The position numbers and the translations under genes are program-made. The notes beneath the pieces are model-generated. The model was not told where the DNA came from and searched no databases. It saw only the letters and a program-made list of their open reading frames with translations. From the human T2T-CHM13v2.0 reference genome, Homo sapiens, in the NCBI RefSeq assembly GCF_009914755.1, contig NC_060932.1: 64,000 nucleotides of DNA; one strand, 5' to 3'. This document shows positions 52,170-64,000 of the stretch, piece after piece; the first letter of the stretch is position 1; every line of letters starts with the position of its first letter.

Positions 52170-53903
52170 TACCTGATGTGAGATACAGATTTAATTTTAT
52201 CTTCTGCATATAGATATCCAGTTTTCCCAGCCTAATTTTGAAAGAGATTGTCCTTTCTTCATTATGTGTTTCTAGCATTTTTACTGAATATCAATTGATC
52301 ATAAATGTGTGAATTTATTTCTGGGCATTCTATTCTGTTCCACTGGTCTATGTGGCTGTTTCTATGCCATTATCAGGCTGTTTTAACTACTATAGGTTTA
52401 TAGTATCTTTTGATATCAGTTAGTGTACTACAACCAGCTTTGTTCTTTTGCTCAAGACAGCTTTGGCTATTTGGAGTCTTTTATGTTTCCATATGAATTT
52501 TAGAGTCTTTATTGTATTTCTATGAAAAATAACATTATAATTTTGATAGGGATTACACTGAATCCATAAATCACTTCAGGTAGTATGGACATGTTAATAA
52601 CATTATTTCTTCCAATCAATGAACGTGGAATACCTTTATGTTAGTGTTTTTCCAATTCCTTTCATCAATGTTTTATGGTTTTTAGTGTACAGATCTTTCC
52701 CCTTCTTCCTTAAATTTATTCCTAAGTATATTATTCCTTCTGATGTTATCGTAAATGGTATTATTTTCTTAACTTCTTCTTTGTATAGTTTGTTGTTAGT
52801 GTGTTGAAACTCTACCGATTTTTGAATGCTGCTTTTGTACTCTGGAACTTCACTGCATTGATTAATTAGTTCAAACAGTTTGTTGGTAGGGTTTTAGGCT
52901 TTCCTCCTTATGATATCTGCAAACAGAAACAATTTTACCTTTCAATTTGAATGTATTTTATTTATTTTTCTTGACTAATTTTCTGACTGGAACCTACAAT
53001 ACTATATTGAATAGAAAAGTTAAGAATGAGCACCCTTGTCTTCTTCTCTTCTTCCTGATCTTAGAAAAACAGTTTCAACTTTTTACCATTGAGTATGATG
53101 TGATCTGTGAGCTTGTCATATATGGTCTTTATTATGTTGAGGCATGTGGTTATATTTATGTTCTATACATTATTAAGTATTTTTATAATGAAATCATGTT
53201 GAATTTTTCAAATTTTCTTATGCATCTATTGAGATGATCATACAATTTTTATTTTTCTGTTAATGTGGTATATCACATTTATTGACTTGCATATGTTAAA
53301 CTATCCTTGCATTTCAGGCATCAGTCTCACTTGACCATGATGGCTGATCTTTTAAATCTGCTGTTGAATTTGGTTTCCTGGTATTTTCTTGCAGACTTTT
53401 GGATCTATGTTTATCAAAGATATCGGACTGTCAGTTTTGTTTCTCACAGTATTCTTGTCTGGTTTTGGTATTAGGGTAATGGTGGCCTCATAAAATTGAG
53501 TTTGAAAGTATTCTCTGCTCTTCAATTTTTTTGAAAAAGTTTGGCAAGCATCAGCATTAATTCTCCTTTAATTGTTTGGAAGAATTCTCCTGTGAATTCT
53601 TCAGGTCCTGAGCATTTTTTTGTTGGGTGGTTTTTGACTCCTAATTAAATCTCCTTATTGGTTATTAGTCTGGTCATACTTCTCTTTCTTTATAATTCAG
53701 TCTTGTCAACTTTACCTTTTCACAAAGCCAACTCTTAGTATTATTGATCTTTTCTAGTCCTTATTTATTTCTGTTCTAATCTAGTCCTTATTTATTTCTG
53801 TTCTAATCTTTATTATTTCCTTTCTTCGTCTATCTTTGTGCTTAGTTTGTTCTGCTTATTTTATTTTTCTGAGGTGTCAAGTTAGCTGTAAAGAAAGATT
53901 TGA

Positions 53904-54198
53904 GGTTGGGCATAGTGGCTCACACCTGTAAATCCAGCACTTTGAGAGGCCAAGACAGAAAGATTCTTTGAGGCCAGGAGTGCGAGACTAGCCTGGGCAA
54001 CCCAATTTCTACAAAAAATAAAAAAAAATAGTAGGTATGATGTTCCATGCCTGTAGTCCTACCTACTTGGGAGACTAAGCTGGGAAGATCATCTGAGCCC
54101 AAGGATTCAAGGTTATAGTTAGCTATCATTGCACCACTGCACTCCAGCCTGGGCAACAAAGTGAGATCCTGTCTCTAAAAACAAAAACAAAAACAAAT
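53904..54198 (+). mobile_element. AluJ with (AAAAAC)n tail
   Basis: gagcccaaggattcaaggttatagttagctatc (J-type right arm); small internal deletion in the left arm. Confidence 0.9.
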
Positions 54199-57132
54199 TA
54201 ATGTAAACAACTACCACTATAAGTTTTCCTCTTAGAACTACTTTTGCTGCATTTCATAAGTTTTGGCAGTTTGTCTCAATATATGTTTTATTTCCCTTTT
54301 GATTTCTTCTCTGACTCATTGGCTGTTTGAGAATGTGTTGTTTAATTTCCACATATTTGTGAATTTTCTAATTTTCCACCTTTATCAATTTCTAGATCCA
54401 TACCATCATGATCAGAAAAGATACTTGATATGATTTTAATTTTCTTGAATTTATTAAGAGTTTTTTTGTGGCTTAACATATCATGTATTCTAGAGAATGT
54501 TCTGTGACAGCTTCAAATATATATATATTCTATATATATGTTCTATATATGTCTATTAGGTCCATTTGGTCTCTACTGTCATTCAAGTCTGATATTTTCT
54601 GATTGATTATTTTTCCCTGGATGATCGATATATTGTCGAAAGTGGGGTATTAAAGTTCCCTATGGTTATTGTATTGCTACCTCTTTCAACCTTCAGTTCT
54701 GGCAATATTTGCTTTATGCATTTAGGTGCTCTGATATTGGGTACATATATATTTACAACTGTTATAGCCTTTTGATGAATTGATCCCTTTATCATTATTA
54801 ATGACCTTGTCTCTTGTGATAGTTTTTGACTTAAACTCTATTTTGTATGATATAAATCCAGCCTGCCCATTCTCTTTTGATTACCATTTAATTGAATATC
54901 TTTTCTAGTGCCTTCACATTCAACCTATGTGTGCCTTTAAACCTAAAGTGAGTCTCTTGTAGGTGGCATATAGTTGGATCTCATTTTTTTAATCCGTTCA
55001 ACCACTCTATGTCATTTGAATAATCCATTTACATTTTAAGTAATTATTGATGGATAAGGATGTACTGCCATTTATTCATTATTTTCCAACTATTTTGTAG
55101 TTTCTTTTTCTCTTGCTATCTTCTTTTGTGATTTGATAATTTTTATAAAAGTATTCTTTTATTCCTTTTCCTTTATATTTTGTGTATCTACTACAAGTCT
55201 TTTTTGTGGTTATAATGGGGCTTAAGCAAAACATCTTGTAGCTATAAAAGTCTGTCTGTTTTAAGCTGTTACCAACTTAATGTTAACCATATTTTAAAAC
55301 TTTGGAAACTTTAACTTTTCCTCTCCCAATATTTTATTCTATTGGCATTACAATTTACATCTTTTTATACTGTGTTACCATTAACAAATTACTGTAGCTA
55401 TAGTTATTTTTAATTGTTTTGTCTTAACATTTGTTTTCATAGAACAATCTAATTTTCAACTTTATGTTAAAAACAGAAATTTTGATTTAACTAAGAGCTA
55501 TATTATTAGTATAAGCTCTAGAATAGCCAAACCTTACAGAGTTCACTTTTATTTATTTCAAAGTCTGTGTCTTGTTCACTCTTACCTTCACTCCTCAACA
55601 GTAGGAACTTGACAAGTTAATTCTATAGACTAAATATTCAAAGACAACAGTTAAATGTAAATTAAAAAAAAACTAAATTGCACAACTTGAGATTCTTTCT
55701 GTGTAAATACAGCATGAAAAAATAAGTTTGAGATCCAATTTATTTTTCTCCAAATAAATTTCACTGGGTTTTATGTCTTTATTCCTGATGGTTTGTATCA
55801 TTTTAGAGTGAACATTAAAAAAAAAAAACAACTAGTGGACACAGTATTATTCATAGAGAAATTTGAAAGAAAAAAAATCTGAGGATTAATGTCTGCAATA
55901 TTCACTTTCGACAGCCTGTGTTCAAGCTTGGGTTGTCTGGTCAACATTTGGGTCTGATTCGTAGTTTCCAAATCATGGTGCATAGTGTTCTAAGTCAATT
56001 CCCTAGGAGAGATTTAAGGATAACTTTTCCACAGATTTTCTCAATTAAAGATGCATCTAGCTCTTTGCCCACATCACCCACATCTGCTCATAAAAAAAAA
56101 TGAATAATGGAATACACATGTGCTGACTTATTATTCATTTCAGCCTTTTGCAGGTGCAAATGCAAGTTTTAAGGTGCAAAGTGGAGCCACAAACATTGTG
56201 GGCTTGTCCAGCTGAAATTCTAGGCTTTAATCACAACTAAGTAACTCCTAAGGTGATGTGATCATAGGATATTTTACTCACAAAAAGGGTGTAATAAATA
56301 TTACAGATTGAACTGGTGTAGATTAACAGATGAGGCTACATTATTTAGAGAAAATGAAATGCAGATAATTTTCACCATATTTGGTATTTGATAAAGAATT
56401 ATTTTTATATGTTAACCTAAAATTTACCTTAGTATGTTTCATAAAAACTTTTACCAAATAAAACAGGAAATAAAATACTTTTATATGTATACATAACTGA
56501 GTCAGGGATTTATATTGACAATTAACTTGAATCTACCATCATTACTTCATCTCTTTGCAGCTGGAGTAGACTTCTAGCAGACAAACTAAGTCAACATTTG
56601 GTTACAAGAAGGAATAGAGGGGCTCATTGGTGCAGATAATCCTAAACAGCAGAAAATCCCAAAATCATTTATTTTCAGCTTGGATATGTATTTAAAGTAT
56701 TCTCTTTTTTTCCCCCAACAGATACTCACTTGTAATTTCATTTTCCGAAGATTCTTTCATAATACGTCTTACTAATGATTAAATTGCCAAAGAACTTTCA
56801 TTAGCCAGCACATAGAAGAGTATGCAAGAATGTGTCCCTTGCCAGTTAAGAAGATATAGGTGACATGGCTGTTGGAAGATCAAGAACAGAGCTTTTTTTT
56901 CTGAGGAAACAACTATATCCAGAACCACCTCTTGTGACCAGATTTCCATGAAGTTTATTAGACATGGTATGCTCTGCAACTTCCAATGCCCAGCTATATT
57001 TCAATCGGTATTTTGCTTGAGAAGAGAAAATGCCTTTCTTCCTACTCTGATGAAAAAAAAAGAAAAAAGAAAAAAAGAAATATAGCTGTCTGGTTTCTTT
57101 ATGAATTAGAGAAACCCAGTTTTCATAGAATG

Positions 57133-57181
57133 ACACACACCACACACCACACCACACCAACACAACACAACACACACTCAC
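57133..57181. repeat. Degenerate CA/CCA/CAA low-complexity tract
   Basis: acacacaccacacaccacaccacaccaacacaacacaacacac. Confidence 0.75.
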
Positions 57182-57329
57182 TTGCTTTTATTTCACATTG
57201 TAAATATAACATAGTATCATAATTATGGAAATATTTTATTTTCCAAGCAACAGATGTGATTATATCATTATCCAATAAAATATAATAGAAAAGATATTGT
57301 CCAGGGACACTTATTTTTAAAAAATTATA

Positions 57330-57646
<317 letters not shown>

Positions 57647-58316
57647 TTATAGTGATAGTGGAAGAGAGTTCAAAAGTCAATGAAAGAGAGAAAGGACATT
57701 TCCCTCTTGACTTCATACTTAAATATATTAATCTTATTTCATCAAACCCAAGGCAGAGAAAACTGAAAACTTAGCTCTGCTTTTACATTTTACTCATATT
57801 ATAAAACCTCTCAACACAGTCCTCCCTACTCTGCTTCTCCAAATCTAAATCCTGCCCATTTTTCAAAATACAGCTTAAATCCTGACTCTTGTAAAGCGTT
57901 CCCTGACTGTTTCATCTGGAAGCAATCTTTCCTTCTTTTAAACTTCCACAAGACTTATTTTCCACACCACTCATTTAGCACTTATTATTTACTGACTGGT
58001 AGAGGTATAATGCTTTCAGAAATGTTGAAGCCATAATAGAGATTTTTATCCTTTTGTATTGTACACAAATTTTTATTTTTAAAGTAAAATAAAACTATGT
58101 TTTTTACTTTTCTTTATGGATCTAAAATTTAGTTAGATTATCGACTACATCATCATAGCTAAATGGAAACATGTAATGCTTATTGTATGCCAGATATTCT
58201 TCTGAGGAACTTAGAAATATTAGCACTGTAACTACTTTATGAATATTAGATTAATAATAGAAGTTATATATATAGTAATAGTAGATGCATATGTAAATAT
58301 GTATTTTTGTGTGCAC

Positions 58317-58352
58317 TATATATATATATATATATATACACATACACATATG
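58317..58352. repeat. (TA)n/(CA) microsatellite
   Basis: tatatatatatatatatatatacacatacacata. Confidence 0.85.
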
Positions 58353-59747
58353 CATATATGTGCATTTTTATATAAACTTACTTTGCTTACATAAATATCC
58401 TGGAGAATTGAAGTAAAACAATATTTATTCTGGTTTTTAATTAAAATACATCAATAAATTATTAATAATTATAGATTTATTATTTATTATAGATTTATTA
58501 TTTGCTATAGATTCATTAAAATTATGCTATTTTTTCACTTTTGTAACAGATAATAATAAAGACTGCTAAATAATAAGAAACCCAGAATATCTTAACACTT
58601 TACATCTTTGAAGAAGATAAATTTAAGAAGAAAAAATAATTCATATACTTTGTGTCACACAAAATTAGACTTTATGTCTCTGAACTTAGGATACCCTCCT
58701 CTTTATCTAGCAAACATATGTTGACTTTACTTTTCTAAGGAAAAAAATGTAGACAAAAACGAAACTTAAACAAAAAATGCTCAAAAATAGTCTGGAAGTC
58801 CTAGATTTTAGTCTAGCATCAGACTTCAAACAGGTGTAAGTGGTTAACTTCTTTCTTCTTTGGTCTCTTCCGTGGTTTCTTCCTCTAGAGATGGGCACCA
58901 ATTTGACTAATAATATTAAAGTATTACATCTTCAAATTTCAAAATCTATGTTATGATTTTGCCCACAATGGATGAAAACCTACTCAAGTGAATTTTAAGA
59001 ACCATATCTATCATCAATTTTTTAAATCATGTAACTTAATTTTAATGAAATACAGGCAAAACTTTCCATTTCCAGAAGCTGATACAGATAAAAGTAATTA
59101 TAATAAAATTACAGGACTCATATCTTATCTACATTAGCCTTCTATAGGTTTAGAAATTTCTTGAATCAGTGTCATTATTAGAAGTGTGCTGAAGACAATG
59201 GAAATGATTTAAAGCAGATGAGCAGAAAAAGGTCATTCAAAGTCCTGGTCTCTGTTCTGGGTGAATCCTTGGAAAATTTCCAAGGATTCTAGACTAACAG
59301 ATACTCCGCCTTCTTTCCATGTGCCTTTTTAATGTCTAGTGTTAAATGCATTGCTTGCTCTGCAGTTCAGTCAAATGCAATCACACTTCTATCACTGTTA
59401 ATTCATGAATTGTGTCTCCAACATCTCCTAAAAGAGGGCTTTGAATTTGAAATATATTTGTTAAAAACATGTAATGAAATGAATAGATGGCAAGAGCATA
59501 GCTCAGTGCCTGTACCAAAAGTCAGCGGGAAAAGTCCACTGCAAACAAGGCTTCAGACTTTTCTTTTAAACATTTCTTATTAAAATAACAGTGAACTTAA
59601 AAGAGGAATATCATTTTTATCTCTGTTTGTAAACTTTCTCTTTGTTGTGTTACTTTACTATCATCTGAAACTATAGATTATTTCCAATGAAACAAAAACT
59701 CAGAGTGAGAGTCTAGGCTATGTGAGCTCTCTAAGAATCAATCAATC

Positions 59748-59784
59748 ACTCTCTCCTCTCTTTCTCTCTCTCTCTCTCTCTCTC
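59748..59784. repeat. (CT)n
   Basis: ctctctcctctctttctctctctctctctctctctc. Confidence 0.85.
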
Positions 59785-62298
59785 CATCTGCCCATCTATC
59801 TAGGCATTTCTGGTTGTCTGGCAAGCTGGTTCCACTAATAATTGCTTTTTAAAGAGAAGACCAATAAGCCTCATGGATATGGTCATTTAAAGGCTAACCA
59901 ATACAACCCCCCAAAAATAAATATTCAAGCTATTGAGGCGCAAAGCCCATCTTTTAGCCACCCAGGCACTGTACTCAATTAAGAAGGAATTTCCTTTAAA
60001 GAGAAAAGTTAGTTGAGGGACAAACCTCAACTATGACTCAACTTCGGGGGTTGGGAATCAGGTGGAGGTTTTAGTTCTCAGCCTACAAATCATAGTTCAT
60101 ATGTCTGCCTAGGTAGTTCATTGAGTAGAATAAAGTGTACCTTAAAATTGTAGGCAACTGTACCCTCTTGCCTAACCTCAAGTATCTGAAACATCATAAG
60201 GGAGAGAGAATATATAAATTGACAAACCCAATATTTAATAAGAAGCCAACAGCAAAGAACAATTCTGTTGTTTACAAGTTTTAGTAATGGATTATCTTTT
60301 TACTATGGTGATGCAAGAGCACAAAAGGGAAGGACAATGCCCATTTCATAAAGACAGAGAATATTACTTGAGTAAGCTCACCTGGGTCATTGAAGAAGCA
60401 GATAAAGGCCTTACCTTATGTAGGCTGGTTATAGGCAGTAGAGAGACACGGTGGATGGGAGGTAGAAGACAACAGGAATGTACACAAACATTATGAGATG
60501 GTCCCAGCTAGAAAGAACAGAGGAGAAGGTGTGTTATAAATTATTTTGGTGATCTTTGCACCAACCCAAAGGATTATGAAAACTGAAGAAACAATAAACG
60601 TAGCAATTTTTATATTACATAGATTGATGAAATCAAGTGCAGGTTATAAAAGCTGGGTAGCCAAACATAATTTACTTATCGTAAAAATGTCTTTTTGTTT
60701 TACATTTAGGAGGCCAAAAGGCCATCATACAGCATTTCAAGATTTTTTCTTAGTCAAAAGCCATCTTGTACTATTTTATGTACTAACATTTAAGGCCTTC
60801 AGATTGTTACTGACTTATTGTTAATTATTTTTAGAAGCACTTACCTTTTCTCACTAAAACTAGGTTACAAGCACCTTTGAAGAAAAAAGGAACACATGTA
60901 GTATCTATTTGATTCTCTCGCAATGTATAACAGAAACCTAGTACAGACGTTTGATATATTTAGGTTCATACATAGAGGGATATTCATTTGAACTCACACA
61001 TTAACTATGTCTTGTCTACCAATGAAAAATACAAGACAACAGCTGAGATCGCTGCCATTAATATTAAGTAAGATTTATTATGGTGCCAAATTATATTCTA
61101 AATTTCTACTCTATAATAAATTAGAAAATGAGTGAGGTATCACCTCACAAAACTTTTGTTTCTATATTTTACTTATTTCCTTTTATGAGTGTCTTGTTAT
61201 TAACCATCTGCTAATCCTGTGTCTTTCAAAGCCATTAAAACACAAGTTCATGGTTATGATTAGATTAAACTATTTTTAAAGTATTTTTTATCAGCACCTT
61301 TTCCTTTCTGCAACACAGGACATAATTTAGTAGAAAGGATACTGGGGAGGTGACTAAATAATTTGAGAAAAAGGCTAGAGCAAGTGTATTGTGTATAGAA
61401 AAGTAGAATGGTAATAATCCATACCAGGGAGGGCATCCCCAAAAGTGGACCAACTCCCCCCACCCCAAACTTCCTTATTTGAAAGATTTTCTAATTCAGC
61501 TGCTTTTTGCTTATTGTATTTATTTTTGTTGCACTTTGGGAAGTAAACTGGAATTCAAAAAAGAATTATTTCCTGCCCTTTGGTGCCATCATGAGGCCAG
61601 AATAACAAAATACTAAGAAAAGTTGATCTCCAGGGGAACCCAAGGTTTTGATATTTTTCTTTAGGGGAACCCAAGTTTTTGATATTTTCTTTTTATTCCA
61701 GATGTAATTATCCAGAGAATGAGAGTTTATTTCAGCAATGTAATTACCTTCACCATAATTGAAACCCTACAAACTACAAACCATAGCTCATATGCCTACA
61801 AGGGTAATTCAGTGAGTGGATTAAAATGTACCTTAAAGTTGTAGGCAACTGTGAAATTCTAGTTTTGTCAATTTGGAATCAATAAAATATTTATGTTTTG
61901 ATGTTACATAACCATATACTAAAGCTTTTAGAACCAAAGCTTTTTAAAGTATTTTAAATCAATCATAGCAATATTTTAGCTTTATATATTTATTTAATGT
62001 ATTCACCCTGTGGTATTGTACAATAGCATATAAGACAGTATGATATATTATCTGAGATGCCTCAAAACACAAGGTTATGATATAATAAGAGAATATGCTA
62101 TTTTGTAAATAAAAGCAATGACAATAGGAAGAATATTGCAAATCAATGCACTAGAAAGAATGGCTAATGAACATCCAAAGACTTTCTACCCAGACAAAAT
62201 CAAAGTAGTAGAATAAATCAGATGATTTGGTATTTAAAATAGTACCACAAAATGAATCTGAAAATTACAAAAATATGTTTTATTAAAAGTTTCAAACT

Positions 62299-62560
62299 TG
62301 AGGCAGGCAGATCACGAGGTCAGGAGATCGAGACCATCCTAGCTAACATGGTGAAATCGTGTCTCTACTAAAAATACCAAAAATCGTGTCTCTACTAAAA
62401 ATACCGGGCAGGAGGTGGCACCTGTGGTCCCAGCTACTCAGGAGGCTGAGGCAGGACAATCGCTTGAACCCAGGAGGCAGAGTTCCAGTGAGCCAGGATC
62501 GCACCACTGCACTCCAGCCTGGGCAACAGAGCGAGACTCCATCTCAAAAAAAAAAAAAAA
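62299..62560 (+). mobile_element. 5'-truncated AluSc-family element with internal duplication
   Basis: gatcacgaggtcaggagatcgagaccatcctagctaac; TSD aaaagtttcaa (62285-62295 / 62557-62567). Confidence 0.9.
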
Positions 62561-63879
62561 GTTTCAACCAAATATATCTTGTTCTGCTTTCTCTGTTCTA
62601 TCTGTATTATTATTCTGAGGCTCATACTACATGTATTCTCAGCTTTATTTTACAAGTATATCAATAGAGTTATAAGATGTTCATTAGACATCTACTTTTT
62701 CAGACTATATGATTTTTTTCTGAATTGTTCAAGTTTTCTCATATGATGAAAATGTGATACTTACATGATGCCTGATAATGCCTAAAGCTGAATTCTTCCC
62801 ACTCACTCTCAAAATTCTGTTCACTTTTCTCTCATTTCGCCTTCGTGACGTTTAGAAATTGAAGAGCACTACAAATTCTATCCATACAATATGGGCTCTC
62901 TCTAAAAGATGGAAAGTTTCACTAGACATATGTCTTCGCTTCTCTCAGTTTTTCTTATTTAGTGGAAAAGCCACAGGCAGAGGAAAATATAAAACTGCTG
63001 AACTGGTTTGCATTTGCTTTTATTCTTACACTATTCTCTTCTCATTTTGTTTACCTAGCACCTCTATGGAATATAACCATATTTTCATAATTATCAAACA
63101 AATAAACACCATCATCAACTTTAGTTGTAGTAAAAGTAGCCTGAATTGCTTTCTTTTCCTTTTTTTTTTTTTTAGTCTCAGAGACAGGCCTTATATATGG
63201 AAATAGTAGTAATTTGTTCTCGTTTAACATCAGTCACGATCTCCTTTTGGGACTTGGTCTCCAGCATTCTTTCAGTAGAATCACAGTGCTAATCTCAGCT
63301 TGGCTTTGGGCATATGCTGCCCTCCTTTGGCCTCTGTAACACTGTTCAAGACAGATTATTAAAGCTAACATTTATCCCACGGATGAACAAAAGTCTCCCT
63401 CAGCTGTAATGGTATTAAAGTTTCCTATCACCAATGGGAGTTATCAAAAAAGAGATGGTTTCTGCCCTGATAAAATGTTCACAGACCTCCCACTCCCAGT
63501 CTGAGACTAGCACTTATCATGGAAGCTTGGGAACCATCGTCACTGGAGATGAAAGAGAGCTCTCTGGTCACCTATAACCTCCTTCTGGCAGGGCAAGACG
63601 ATTCCTATGTTAGACGCTATATAATGTTCAAATATTTAAATTCCATCTTATCATAATTCTATTCATCTCACATACTGACATGGTCTCTTTCCATTCCAAT
63701 GACATCATATCTTGCTTTTACTTCGTTGTATTAAGTTTCCTCAGAGAAATAGAACTATTAACATATATATACACTATTTGAATATATTTAAATATATTAC
63801 ATGTTAAGTAACATATATTTATATACTATTTGAATTCATATATGTATACATATTCATATATCTATCTATATATATATAT

Positions 63880-64000
63880 ATGTTGCTTAACAACAATATT
63901 TTCTGAGAAATGCATTGTCAGGCAATTTCATTGTTGTGTGAACATCACAGAGTACACTTCCAAAAACCTAGATGGTTTTGCCTACTACACACCTAGACTA
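63880..64000 (+). mobile_element. Tigger3 (MER7/Golem) 5' part, running off the window
   Basis: ttctgagaaatgcattgtcaggcaatttcattgttgtgtgaacatcacagag...aacctagatgg...cctactacacacctag. Confidence 0.85.

Larger units (their letters stand above)
50968..55435 (-). mobile_element. L1MA-type element covering most of ORF2, interrupted by MLT1B and AluJ
   Basis: Continuous ORF2 reverse-complement motifs; ORF track 54607-54795 (IKGSIHQK..TVVNIYVPN..GNFNTPLS) is the L1 endonuclease domain. Confidence 0.88.

Noticed and set aside
63755-63880. Repeated taacatatat...actatttgaat units
   Set aside because: Low-complexity TA-rich slippage next to Tigger3.

Overview
AT-rich human non-coding DNA, either intergenic or deep intronic. 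The human assignment rests on a near-consensus AluYb8. No recognisable protein-coding gene, CpG island or tRNA/rRNA gene is present. The ORF-track entries are transposon-derived or chance ORFs. Much of the window is interspersed repeat: Alus (J, S, Yb8), L1 (PA4-, MA-, MB-, MC- and HAL1-like), L2/MIR relics, a full-length THE1B provirus, solo LTRs (THE1B, MSTB, MLT1, LTR18B) and DNA transposons (full-length Tigger1, MER58B, Tigger3). Most notable are an old full-length U6 copy fused to the 5' end of an L1MB-like element (candidate U6-L1 chimera), a CTCF site with its upstream motif, a THE1B with a 223-codon internal ORF, two convergent THE1B LTRs with intact DUX4 motifs, and several short local duplications. 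All family and subfamily calls are by-eye matches to remembered consensus sequences and need RepeatMasker/Dfam confirmation. I see no convincing evidence of a wholly new biological system.
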